33,580 bases of DNA from an uncultured Clostridia bacterium (GTDB lineage Bacteria; Bacillota; Clostridia; Oscillospirales; Acutalibacteraceae), in contig CANRDH010000001.1 of the NCBI GenBank assembly GCA_947629295.1, forward strand, positions 1 through 33,580, given 5' to 3'. Below, piece after piece: positions 7,807-16,072 of this stretch. The notes under the pieces were generated by a model. The model was not told the origin of the DNA. It made no database searches and saw only the letters and a program-made list of their open reading frames with translations. The position numbers and the translations under genes were made by a program. Numbering within the stretch: position 1 is the first letter of the stretch; each line of letters opens with the position of its first letter.

Positions 7807-10185
7807 TTATAGTATAGTCAGATTTGTATAATTAGCCATAAGCTTTTTTGTTCCCACGCTGTCAAATGCAATTTCAAGAAGAGTATCGGACGCCATGCTT
7901 TTTGCATTAACAATAAGTCCGTCACCGAAGGTTTTATGTCTTACTCTCATTCCCACAGAATAGCTCAGAGAGTTTTTTTGCTTTGCCGGCGCGGAGGATA
8001 TGATTCTGCTTTGCTGCATATCATTTTGCCGCTTCATACCTGATTGTATACGTCCGAAGCCGGGGTTTTCGGGACGCTTATGCACTTTTTCCTCAACAAG
8101 ACCGCCGGGAAGCTCATAAAGAAACCGTGACGGTTTGTTTCTTGAGGTTTTTCCGAAAAGTGTGCGTGAGCCGGAATTTAAGAGATAAAGCTTGTTTTTT
8201 GCTCTTGTTATGCCTACATAGGCAAGTCGTCTTTCCTCCTGCATATCCTCCTCCGACATAAGAGAAAGATAGCCGGGGAAGATATTTTCCTCCATTCCCG
8301 GGATGAATACTGTATCAAATTCAAGGCCCTTTGCGGAATGAAGAGTCATGAGTATGACATAGCTTTCCTCATCGTCGGAATTGTAGCTGTCTATATCACT
8401 CAAAAGTGCAATTTCCTCCAAAAAGCCCTGCAAGGTGGCGTTGTCGGGATTTTCCTGCTCATAGCGGATAATGCTTGATTTAAGCTCTCTGATATTTTCG
8501 ACAGCCTCATCTCCGTGATTGCTTTCATTCAATATAAAGGGTATATAGTCGATTTTTTCTATAAGCTTACTGTACATTTCGGAAACAGAATTGCCGACCT
8601 CAAGCTCATGGGACATTTCCTCTATAATCAGGCAGAATTCTTCAAGCTTCATCCGGGATTTTTGTAAAACCTCAAATTCGTCACTTCTTTTCATCGTTTC
8701 AAACATACTCTGACCGAGCATATCTCCGATTTCCTCAATTCGGGAAACTGTCTTGTCACCTATTGCTCTTTTGGGTATATTTATTATACGCTTCAGCCTT
8801 ACATTGTCATTGTGGTTGCATATTACGCTGAGATATGCTATCATATCACGTATCTCACGTCTTTCGTAAAATCGGCGTCCGCCTATTATTCTGTAGGGTA
8901 TCGCCGAGCGCACCAAAGCACGTTCTATATTCTGCGACTGTGAATTCATCCTGTAAAGTATTGCATAATCCCTGTAGGATTTTCCGTTTGCAATTCCGTC
9001 AAGAACGGTGTTTGCAATAAACGTACTTTCATCGCGTTCGTCAAAGGCATTGTAATGGATAATTTTATCCCCCGCCTCATTATCCGTCCAAAGGGTTTTA
9101 TCCTTTCGGGCAATGTTATTTTTTATTATGAAATTAGCCGCCGATAATATGTTTCTTGTTGAGCGGTAATTCTGTTCAAGCTTTATTGTATAAGCATTTT
9201 CAAAGGTTTTTTCAAAATCAAGAATGTTACTTATACTTGCTCCTCTGAATTTATAAATGCTCTGGTCGTCGTCTCCCACAACGCAAAGATTGTTATGCAC
9301 GCTTGAAAGCAGCCGCACAAGCTCATACTGCATATGGTTTGTGTCCTGATATTCGTCCACCATTATATACTTAAACTGATTGCCGTATTTTTCCAGTACC
9401 TCGGGAAAATTCCGGAGAAGCACTACAGTATTAAATATCATATCGTCAAAATCCATAGCGTCCGACTTTAAGAGTCTGTCTTGATAAGCTTTATATACCT
9501 TTGCTATGGACATAAGTCTGTTGTCTGTACCGGCATATTCCGCAAAATCATCGGGCGTCATCAGATTATCCTTTGCATTGGATATTTCCCGGAGTGCGTC
9601 CTTCGGGGAAATCATTTTTTCGTCTATTCCGAGTACCCGCAGACAGTCCTTTATAAGGCGCTTCTGGTCGTCTGCGTCGTATACCGTAAAATGTGCGCTG
9701 TATCCCAGGAAATAACCGCATCTGCGCAGTATCCTTCCGCAGGCAGAATGAAAGGTTGACGCCCATATGTCAAGACCGCATTCTCCGACCTTAGCGCAGA
9801 TACGCTCTTTAAGCTCTGCTGCTGCCTTATTGGTGAAGGTTATTGCAAGTATTCTCCACGGTGAAGGAGCGGAAACAGAAAGCTTTTGTGCGAGATCGTC
9901 ACGCAGATGTGTTTTTGATTCGGCCGTTTTTCGTATTTCCTCAATTTCTTCATCTGTATAATCCCCGTATATTTCATCGGTTTCATATGCCCGACCCCAA
10001 CGGAGAATATTTGCTATTCTGTTTACGAGGACAGTGGTCTTTCCGCTGCCCGCACCCGCAAGTATAAGCAGGGGGGAGCTTACTCTGTATACCGCCTCCT
10101 GCTGTTTATCGTTAAGGTGTGAAAATTCATTTTCTATAATTTCTCTCCTCAGAGCCGCAAGCTCTGAATAGGCTGCTTCATTCAT
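7807..10185 (-). CDS. pcrA: ATP-dependent DNA helicase PcrA (UvrD family, SF1)
   Basis: Walker A AGAGSGKTTVLVNRIA, motif II MVDEYQDTN, TLHSAKGLEFDTVF, YVGITRAK. The C-terminal tail GMRVRHKTFGDGLIV is typical of PcrA. Confidence 0.93.
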   Translation of the reverse strand: MNEAAYSELAALRREIIENEFSHLNDKQQEAVYRVSSPLLILAGAGSGKTTVLVNRIANILRWGRAYETDEIYGDYTDEEIEEIRKTAESKTHLRDDLAQKLSVSAPSPWRILAITFTNKAAAELKERICAKVGECGLDIWASTFHSACGRILRRCGYFLGYSAHFTVYDADDQKRLIKDCLRVLGIDEKMISPKDALREISNAKDNLMTPDDFAEYAGTDNRLMSIAKVYKAYQDRLLKSDAMDFDDMIFNTVVLLRNFPEVLEKYGNQFKYIMVDEYQDTNHMQYELVRLLSSVHNNLCVVGDDDQSIYKFRGASISNILDFEKTFENAYTIKLEQNYRSTRNILSAANFIIKNNIARKDKTLWTDNEAGDKIIHYNAFDERDESTFIANTVLDGIANGKSYRDYAILYRMNSQSQNIERALVRSAIPYRIIGGRRFYERREIRDMIAYLSVICNHNDNVRLKRIINIPKRAIGDKTVSRIEEIGDMLGQSMFETMKRSDEFEVLQKSRMKLEEFCLIIEEMSHELEVGNSVSEMYSKLIEKIDYIPFILNESNHGDEAVENIRELKSSIIRYEQENPDNATLQGFLEEIALLSDIDSYNSDDEESYVILMTLHSAKGLEFDTVFIPGMEENIFPGYLSLMSEEDMQEERRLAYVGITRAKNKLYLLNSGSRTLFGKTSRNKPSRFLYELPGGLVEEKVHKRPENPGFGRIQSGMKRQNDMQQSRIISSAPAKQKNSLSYSVGMRVRHKTFGDGLIVNAKSMASDTLLEIAFDSVGTKKLMANYTNLTIL

Positions 10186-10235
10186 ATATTTACATTCTCC
10201 TGTTTTGACGTATATATTTTTTTTCGTACCATACT

Positions 10236-10264
10236 ATTTTACAACAAAATGATAATAATATCAA
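10236..10264 (-). promoter_or_regulatory. Sigma-A-like promoter for pcrA
   Basis: On the minus strand: TTGATA, 17-nt spacer, TAAAAT, about 50 nt upstream of the pcrA ATG. Confidence 0.45.
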
Positions 10265-10445
10265 ATGAATTTGAAATTTTTGCCTGCGTTTTGCTTTGAC
10301 AATAATTAAAAAAATATGCAATTTATTGCTCCATTGTACATATTTTTATTAATGGGAGATTTGACCCCAAAAGGTATAATTTTCGGGACAGAGAGCTATT
10401 AATGAAAGGAGTTTCCTTTCAGACAAACAAGAAGGAGGAGTTTTT

Positions 10446-11453
10446 ATGAAAAGTATAAAAGGCATAGATGTTTCATATGCTCAGGGTGATATTGATTTCG
10501 ACAGGATAAATAAATCACAGGTTCAATTTGTCATTGTACGCAGCAGCTTCGGATGGGAAAAGAATCAGAAGGATAATAAATTTGAGCGTAATATAAAGGG
10601 TTTTCAATCAAAAGGGATCCCTTGCGGTGCATATCATTATTCTTATGCAAAAAGTAAGGAGGATGCCGTTAAGGAGGCTAAATACTGCCTTGAATGTATA
10701 AAGGGCAAAAAGCTCGAGCTTCCCGTATTTATTGATTTGGAAGACCCTTCCGTAGCAGCGCAGGGAAAAAGGGTATGCACGGATATAGCAAAGACATTTT
10801 GCGATTATATGAAAAAGGCAGGCTATAAAACGGGGATCTATATCAATCCTAATTGGCTTAACAACTATGTCTACAAGGATGAGCTTATTGGAAAATACAC
10901 CATATGGCTTGCTCAGTGGGAAAGCAAAAAGCCCGCTTTTGATTGCTCTCTGTGGCAGTATAATGTGGGAGGAAACGGAAGCATCTCGGGAATCAGCGGA
11001 CGCTGCGACCTTGATATTATGTACGTAGACGAAGCCGCAAAGCCGGAAACGGGATCCGTGCCCGAAGCTGATAAGAAACCCGCTGATGACAGCAAAAAGG
11101 CAGTCTTCAGAAAGGGTGACGAGGTCAAGGTGCTGAACCCGATAAATTATGACAACGGGGAGAAATTTATTGTATATCCGAATGAAAAATATACTGTTAT
11201 TGAAGCAGTCGGAGACAGGATCGTGATAGGTATAAACGGTCAGGTTACTGCGGCTGTAAATAAAAAATATCTCAGCAAGCCGGGTTCGGGCAATAAAAGC
11301 AATAGCTATACCTATGTTATTCAGCCGGGAGATAATCTGTCCTATATCGCTGAAAAATACGGCACAACAGTGGAAAAAATCGTAAAGGAAAATAATATCC
11401 CGAATCCCGACCTTATTTACGCCGGAGATAAACTTAAGATAACTGTCGAATAA
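10446..11453 (+). CDS. GH25 muramidase (lysozyme) with SH3-like and LysM cell-wall-binding domains, no signal peptide
   Basis: The GH25 N-terminus GIDVSYAQGDIDFDRI...FVIVRSS starts at residue 5. A Pro/Lys/Asp-rich linker follows, then an SH3-like segment FRKGDEVKVLNP...YTVIEAVGDRIVIG. C-terminal LysM YVIQPGDNLSYIAEKYGTTVEKIVKENNIPNPDLIYAGDKLKI. Strong RBS GAAGGAGGAG. Confidence 0.88.
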   Translation: MKSIKGIDVSYAQGDIDFDRINKSQVQFVIVRSSFGWEKNQKDNKFERNIKGFQSKGIPCGAYHYSYAKSKEDAVKEAKYCLECIKGKKLELPVFIDLEDPSVAAQGKRVCTDIAKTFCDYMKKAGYKTGIYINPNWLNNYVYKDELIGKYTIWLAQWESKKPAFDCSLWQYNVGGNGSISGISGRCDLDIMYVDEAAKPETGSVPEADKKPADDSKKAVFRKGDEVKVLNPINYDNGEKFIVYPNEKYTVIEAVGDRIVIGINGQVTAAVNKKYLSKPGSGNKSNSYTYVIQPGDNLSYIAEKYGTTVEKIVKENNIPNPDLIYAGDKLKITVE

Positions 11454-11500
11454 AAAACAGACCGGGCTGTTTAAAGCAGCGGTATTCTGTAAATCAAGCA

Positions 11501-11549
11501 CGGCACACAGCGGTTTGCTATCGTAAATTTCTGTGTGCCGCCTTTTTTG
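11501..11549 (+). terminator. Rho-independent terminator after the lysin gene
   Basis: 10-bp stem CGGCACACAG / CTGTGTGCCG (11501-11540) followed by CCTTTTTTGT. Confidence 0.75.
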
Positions 11550-11604
11550 TTTCGACAATTTTTTCTCTCCGAAAGAAATATGAGTTTAAAATTATATAAA
11601 ATTC

Positions 11605-11634
11605 TTGACAAAAACATACCAATCGTTATACAAT
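11605..11634 (+). promoter_or_regulatory. Sigma-A-like promoter at the head of the long rny leader
   Basis: TTGACA (11605-11610) with TATACA or TACAAT at 16-18 nt spacing. It lies about 410 nt upstream of the rny start. Confidence 0.4.
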
Positions 11635-12044
11635 ATATAAAGACGGAAAACGTCTTATGGGTTTTTGCCCGATGACTGAATTTTCAACTCAATTATGCCG
11701 TTTTTATATATTATATTTTTTAATATTATAGCAACAGGATAATTTTATTATTTAATACGGTGCGATTGTGCGCAGTTATGCCGCATAGGTCGTGTAATTT
11801 TATAATACTTCTTTATCGGCAATCTGCCGCTGTGCGGCAGGTGTGAATACAATAAAATATAATATTATGTCGTCGCTGCCGTCGTTCTCTGCGAATTTCG
11901 GGGAGCAGAAAGAGTTCCCGTGTGTGTTTGCCGCAGAAGAATGAGGTATGTGTTTGTAAAGCGGCACCTTTGAGCTGATTGACAGACTTATTAAACTGAG
12001 TAAAAAATCAGAATGAAAGAATCAACTTAGGAGGTGTCAGATTA

Positions 12045-13598
12045 ATGGATCCGGTTATGGCAATAGTACTTATTGTTGTCATTGCTGTGATTGTCGGAGT
12101 ACTTGCTTTTTTTGCCGGTGTAAATTACCGCAGGAAAATCGGCGAAGAGAAGATCGGTTCGGCTGAAAAGGAAGCCGAAAGGATTGTTGAGGAGGCTAAG
12201 CGTTCGGCAGAGGCTTCTAAAAAAGAGGCTCTTATAGCAGGAAAGGACGAAGCACACAGACTTCTTACCGAGGCTGAAAAGGAAATATCCGACAGGCGCA
12301 GAGATATTCAGCGTCAGGAAAGACGTATACAACAAAAGGAAGAAACCGTGGAAAAAAAGCTGGACAGTCTTGAAAAAAAGGAAGAGGCTGTATCACAGAA
12401 AAACAAGGCTGCCGAAAGCAGACTTGCCGAGGCAGAAAAAATCAAGCAAAGCGAATTTGAGATGCTTGAAAAAATTTCGGGTCTTACGTCCGAACAGGCT
12501 AAGGCCTACATCATTAACAATCTTGACAATGAGCTCACACATGAAAAGGCTGTCAAGATTATGGATTTTGAGCAAAAGACGCGTGATGAGGCGGAAAAGA
12601 CTGCAAGAGAGATTATTTCCCTTGCCATACAGAGAGTTGCCGCTGATCATGTCAGTGAATCCACAGTATCGGTAGTACCTCTTCCAAACGATGAAATGAA
12701 GGGACGTATAATCGGACGAGAGGGAAGAAACATAAGGGCAATCGAAACGATTACGGGCGTCGACCTTATCATTGATGATACGCCCGAGGCTATAACGCTT
12801 TCGTGCTTTGAGCCTGTTAAAAGAGAAATTGCAAGGGTAATGCTTGAAAAGCTTATATCCGACGGAAGAATACATCCCGCGCGCATAGAGGAAATGTATG
12901 AAAAAGCCCGCCGTGAGGTTGAGGCTATGATAAAGTCCGAGGGTGAAAGAGCAATTATTGAGGCCGGTGTAAACAATATACATCCCGAGCTGGTCAAGCT
13001 TCTCGGAAGGCTGCATTTCCGCACAAGCTACGGTCAGAATGTGCTTGACCATTCGCTTGAGGTTGCATACCTGTGCGGTATAATGGCGTCCGAGCTTGGT
13101 CTTGAGCCTACAATGGCAAGAAGAGCAGGACTTTTGCATGATATAGGAAAAGCTCTCGACCATGAGATAGAGGGCTCGCATATTGAAATCGGCGTTGATG
13201 TTGCCCGCAAGTATAAGGAAAGCGAGCTTGTGGTACATGCCATCCATGCACACCATGGCGATGTTGAAGCAAAAACGATTATTGCATGTCTTGTGCAGGC
13301 GGCAGACGCTATATCCGCGGCTCGTCCCGGGGCAAGAAGAGAAAATATTGAAAACTACATCAAAAGGCTTGAAAAGCTTGAGGAGGTTGCTTCATCCTAC
13401 GAGGGAGTCGAAAGGAGCTTCGCAATACAGGCGGGTCGTGAGGTTCGCATTATCGTTAAGCCCGAGGTTATAAAGGATGATGATATGGTATTGCTCGCAA
13501 GAAACATCTGCAAGAAGATTGAGGAAGAGGTTGAATATCCCGGTCAGATTAAGGTGAATATAATCAGAGAGAGCAGAGCAATAGAGTATGCAAAGTAA
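12045..13598 (+). CDS. rny: Ribonuclease Y
   Basis: N-terminal TM helix, Glu/Lys-rich coiled coil, KH motif [13 protein letters not shown], and HD domain [10 protein letters not shown]...LLHDIGKA. Strong AGGAGG RBS. Confidence 0.95.
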   Translation: MDPVMAIVLIVVIAVIVGVLAFFAGVNYRRKIGEEKIGSAEKEAERIVEEAKRSAEASKKEALIAGKDEAHRLLTEAEKEISDRRRDIQRQERRIQQKEETVEKKLDSLEKKEEAVSQKNKAAESRLAEAEKIKQSEFEMLEKISGLTSEQAKAYIINNLDNELTHEKAVKIMDFEQKTRDEAEKTAREIISLAIQRVAADHVSESTVSVVPLPNDEMKGRIIGREGRNIRAIETITGVDLIIDDTPEAITLSCFEPVKREIARVMLEKLISDGRIHPARIEEMYEKARREVEAMIKSEGERAIIEAGVNNIHPELVKLLGRLHFRTSYGQNVLDHSLEVAYLCGIMASELGLEPTMARRAGLLHDIGKALDHEIEGSHIEIGVDVARKYKESELVVHAIHAHHGDVEAKTIIACLVQAADAISAARPGARRENIENYIKRLEKLEEVASSYEGVERSFAIQAGREVRIIVKPEVIKDDDMVLLARNICKKIEEEVEYPGQIKVNIIRESRAIEYAK

Positions 13599-13609
13599 TA
13601 GATAATTTG

Positions 13610-13661
13610 TGCCGCACTGTCGCACAGGCGTTGGAAAAACGCTGTGCGGCAGTTTATTTTT
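13610..13661 (+). terminator. Rho-independent terminator after rny
   Basis: Stem CGCACAGGCG / CGCTGTGCG extended by TGCCGC/GCGGCA, followed by GTTTATTTTTAT. Confidence 0.65.
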
Positions 13662-13738
13662 ATCTTCAGATAGCCGTATGAACTATTTTTTTGCTTTGGC
13701 ATATTATGTGGTATAACCATCATAAGGAGGAATACATT

Positions 13739-14560
13739 ATGTCGGATAATATTATCGGCTGCGATAATGATTTCAGCTTTGACAAGGTAAAAGAGGCTGT
13801 TTGTATAAATGCGCCGAGGATCTATGACTCATGCCTTGATAAGGATTGTCTGGAGGACCTTCCCGTTTTTCTTACCAAGCCCGGTCAGTGTCTTATAGAT
13901 AAGGCAACAAGTGTTCGCCTTAACAGTGTAAATGTATGCAATGTTGCGGTGAATCTTCAGCCTGTTCCCTTCCATAACGGCTTCTATGCTGTGGATATGA
14001 CTTTTTATTTTGATGTATGTCTTGACGCGTTCATGGCCCCCAATGCTCTGCCTATGCCCGTCAAGGGACTTGCGGTATTTTCAAAGAGAGCCGTGCTTTT
14101 CGGAAGCGAGGGCAGCGTAAAAATATTCACGTCGGATTGCCCCGATTCTCCCGAGGGAGTAGGTACGGCAAGTCAGAATTGTCCTAAGGCAGTGGTTCAG
14201 GTTGCCGAACCGATCGCTCTTTCTGCAAGACTCAGCGAAAAACACGGTCATTGCCAGATGCCTCCTTGCCGTATACCTGAATGTATTATGCACCGCTATG
14301 GAGGAGAATTTGTGCAGAGTGAAAGTGATAAGGAGGTTCTTGTTTCTATCGGTATGTTTACGGTTGTTCAGCTTGAGAGGGATGTTCAAATGCTTATTCC
14401 CGCATATGACTTCTGCATACCGAAGAAGGAATGTATATCCAATTCCGAGGACCCGTGCGAGCTTTTCAGCAGCATAGATTTTCCGACGGGTGAATTTTTC
14501 CCCAAAAACTGCCCGTCAGACTCAAAAAAGAAATTCGGCTGCGGCTGCGGCGGAGATTAA
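13739..14560 (+). CDS. Hypothetical cysteine-rich protein (18 Cys in 273 aa), no signal peptide or TM; possibly spore-associated
   Basis: AAGGAGG at 13724-13730 then ATG 13739; the track ORF opens upstream at 13691. Long ORF with consistent coding character and a C-terminal FGCGCGGD. I recognise no family. Confidence 0.6.
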   Translation: MSDNIIGCDNDFSFDKVKEAVCINAPRIYDSCLDKDCLEDLPVFLTKPGQCLIDKATSVRLNSVNVCNVAVNLQPVPFHNGFYAVDMTFYFDVCLDAFMAPNALPMPVKGLAVFSKRAVLFGSEGSVKIFTSDCPDSPEGVGTASQNCPKAVVQVAEPIALSARLSEKHGHCQMPPCRIPECIMHRYGGEFVQSESDKEVLVSIGMFTVVQLERDVQMLIPAYDFCIPKKECISNSEDPCELFSSIDFPTGEFFPKNCPSDSKKKFGCGCGGD

Positions 14561-14591
14561 ACGCCGGCGTATTCCGAAATCAATAAATTTA

Positions 14592-14631
14592 TGTGCTCTG
14601 CCATTGTTTTACTGTATTACGGCAGAGCACA
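14592..14631 (+). terminator. Hairpin, probable terminator with a weak U-tract, after the Cys-rich ORF
   Basis: 11-bp stem TGTGCTCTGCC / GGCAGAGCACA with an 18-nt loop. The downstream sequence is A/T-rich but is not a clean T-run. Confidence 0.45.
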
Positions 14632-14714
14632 ATATTATGTATATGCAGGAATTTTCTGTGTGAGCAAATGTTGTAAGGGAAAACGAAAAAATTAATATTT
14701 TTATGGAAATATTA

Positions 14715-14743
14715 TTGACAATTATATTAAATAAATTTAAAAT
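14715..14743 (+). promoter_or_regulatory. Sigma-A-like promoter for ymdB
   Basis: TTGACA (14715-14720), 17-nt spacer, TAAAAT (14738-14743). Confidence 0.45.
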
Positions 14744-14810
14744 AATTATATAGACCGATAATTACGGATTTATTTGCAGATAATTTGACTCGGACAGGAT
14801 GATAAAAGGA

Positions 14811-15581
14811 ATGAAAATTCTTGCAATAGGTGATGTGGTGGGATTTGCAGGCTGTGAATTTCTCAGGAGCAGGTTGCCGCAGCTGAAAAGAGAGGAAAAA
14901 ATTGATTTAGTTATTGCAAACGGTGAAAATTCCGCAGACGGAAATGGTATTAATCCGGAATCTGCCGAATATCTGTTTTCGAGCGGAGTGGATATAATTA
15001 CAGGGGGAAATCACAGCTTCAGGCACAGAAAATGCTTCCGTCTTTACGACGAATCTCCGTTTTTGCTCAGACCCGCAAATTTTCCCGAGGCTACTACCCC
15101 CGGAAGGGGTTGGACGGTATATGATATGGGGCGTGTGCAGGTCGGAGTTATAAATCTGCTTGGATGTACTTATATGGAAAGCCTTGAAAGCCCATTCTGC
15201 ACGGCAGACAGACTTATAAAGGAATTGGGTACAAAAATAATAATAGTCGATTTCCATGCCGAGGCAACTTCGGAGAAACTTGCACTCGCATATTATCTTG
15301 ACGGAAGAGTATCGGCAATATTCGGGACGCATACTCATGTTCAGACCGCTGATGAAAGAATTTTGAAAAACGGGACGGGATATATAACCGACGTCGGTAT
15401 GACAGGTCCGCTGTATTCGGTATTAGGTGTGAAACCCGAGCTTGCAATTAAAAAGTTTAAAGAAAAGCTCCCCGTTCGTTTTGAGCTTGCAGAAGGACAG
15501 TGCGGAATGGATTGCATTGCTTTTGAGATAGATGAAAGAAGCGGGATGACAATTTCATTGAAACGTATTCAAATTCGGTGA
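14811..15581 (+). CDS. ymdB: YmdB-family metallophosphoesterase (2',3'-cyclic-nucleotide 2'-phosphodiesterase)
   Basis: MKILAIGDVVG..., DLVIANGENSADGNGI, DIITGGNH, VDFHAEATSEK, GTHTHVQTADE. The position downstream of rny matches Bacillus synteny. ATG 14811 is preferred over 14799 by homology to typical N-termini. Confidence 0.88.
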   Translation: MKILAIGDVVGFAGCEFLRSRLPQLKREEKIDLVIANGENSADGNGINPESAEYLFSSGVDIITGGNHSFRHRKCFRLYDESPFLLRPANFPEATTPGRGWTVYDMGRVQVGVINLLGCTYMESLESPFCTADRLIKELGTKIIIVDFHAEATSEKLALAYYLDGRVSAIFGTHTHVQTADERILKNGTGYITDVGMTGPLYSVLGVKPELAIKKFKEKLPVRFELAEGQCGMDCIAFEIDERSGMTISLKRIQIR

Positions 15582-15616
15582 AAATTTGTGCAAAACGGAA
15601 TATTTTATGAAAGTAC

Positions 15617-15645
15617 TTGAATATTTTTCCTTTTGTAGTTATTAT
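15617..15645 (+). promoter_or_regulatory. Promoter-like element upstream of spoVS
   Basis: TTGAAT (15617-15622), 17-nt spacer, TATTAT (15640-15645). Confidence 0.35.
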
Positions 15646-15707
15646 ATATATTGATAATTCGCTTTTAGCAATTATGGAAGATAAATTTGTCAGGAGGTTG
15701 GCTGATA

Positions 15708-15968
15708 GTGGAAATACTTAAGGTGTCATCAAAATCTTCGCCCAATTCCGTTGCAGGTGCGATTGCAGGTGTTGTAAGGGATTACGGCTGTGTGGAAATT
15801 CAGGCGGTAGGAGCAGGTGCTACAAATCAGGCATTGAAGTCTGTTGCAGTGGCAAGAGGATATCTCGCTCCTATGGGAATAGATCTTGTATGTATCCCCG
15901 CTTTTACCAATATTGAAATAGACGGTGTAGACCGTACCGCAATGAAGCTTATTGTTGAGGTCAGATAA
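15708..15968 (+). CDS. spoVS: Stage V sporulation protein S
   Basis: The 86-aa product from GTG 15708 (RBS AGGAGG at 15692-15697) is (M)EILKVSSKSSPNSVAGAIAGV...IQAVGAGATNQALKSVAVARGY...CIPAF...AMKLIVE. This is near-collinear with Bacillus SpoVS as I remember it. Confidence 0.92.
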   Translation: MEILKVSSKSSPNSVAGAIAGVVRDYGCVEIQAVGAGATNQALKSVAVARGYLAPMGIDLVCIPAFTNIEIDGVDRTAMKLIVEVR

Positions 15969-16072
15969 TATCCTTTTCGGCGATGAACGAAAAATTCATG
16001 GCTGGGTATGTACATCGAAGTTTTTTTATGTTACAATAAAATCGGTAAAAAATTAATGAGGATGTGCTGAAA

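Noticed and set aside
6825-10185. pcrA plus the Zn-PLC-like gene as a helicase-nuclease-type defence pair
   Set aside because: PcrA here has all the housekeeping hallmarks and a single-copy core context. The downstream gene resembles a common Clostridial Zn-hydrolase family. The 16-nt spacing suggests co-transcription only.
10186-10445. Possible riboswitch (for example the c-di-AMP/ydaO class, often found before cell-wall hydrolase genes) upstream of the lysin
   Set aside because: I found only a short hairpin, GAAAGGA-GTT-TCCTTTC at 10404-10420, and promoter-like AT-rich sequence. I could not find the conserved ydaO-type core elements, and the region is shared with the divergent pcrA promoter. 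An Infernal scan would settle it.
10446-11453. Prophage or mobile element inferred from the endolysin-like gene
   Set aside because: There is no integrase, holin, terminase, structural gene, attachment-site-like direct repeat or tRNA nearby. The flanks are core genes (pcrA, rny).
10608-11558. 316-aa minus-strand ORF antisense to the GH25 lysin
   Set aside because: The sense strand encodes unmistakable GH25 and LysM motifs. The antisense ORF also runs through the lysin terminator hairpin. Spurious.
12393-13256. 287-aa minus-strand ORF, plus nested 12647-13024 and 13034-13243, antisense to rny
   Set aside because: rny is certain from its KH and HD motifs. The antisense products have no motifs. 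Shadow ORFs.
13691-13738. Track start (13691) for the Cys-rich ORF, and likewise 2191 for the AI-2E gene, 15687 for spoVS and 16064 for yloV
   Set aside because: In each case a strong Shine-Dalgarno sequence sits inside the extension at proper spacing from a downstream ATG or GTG. For spoVS, the downstream start also reproduces the canonical 86-aa protein.
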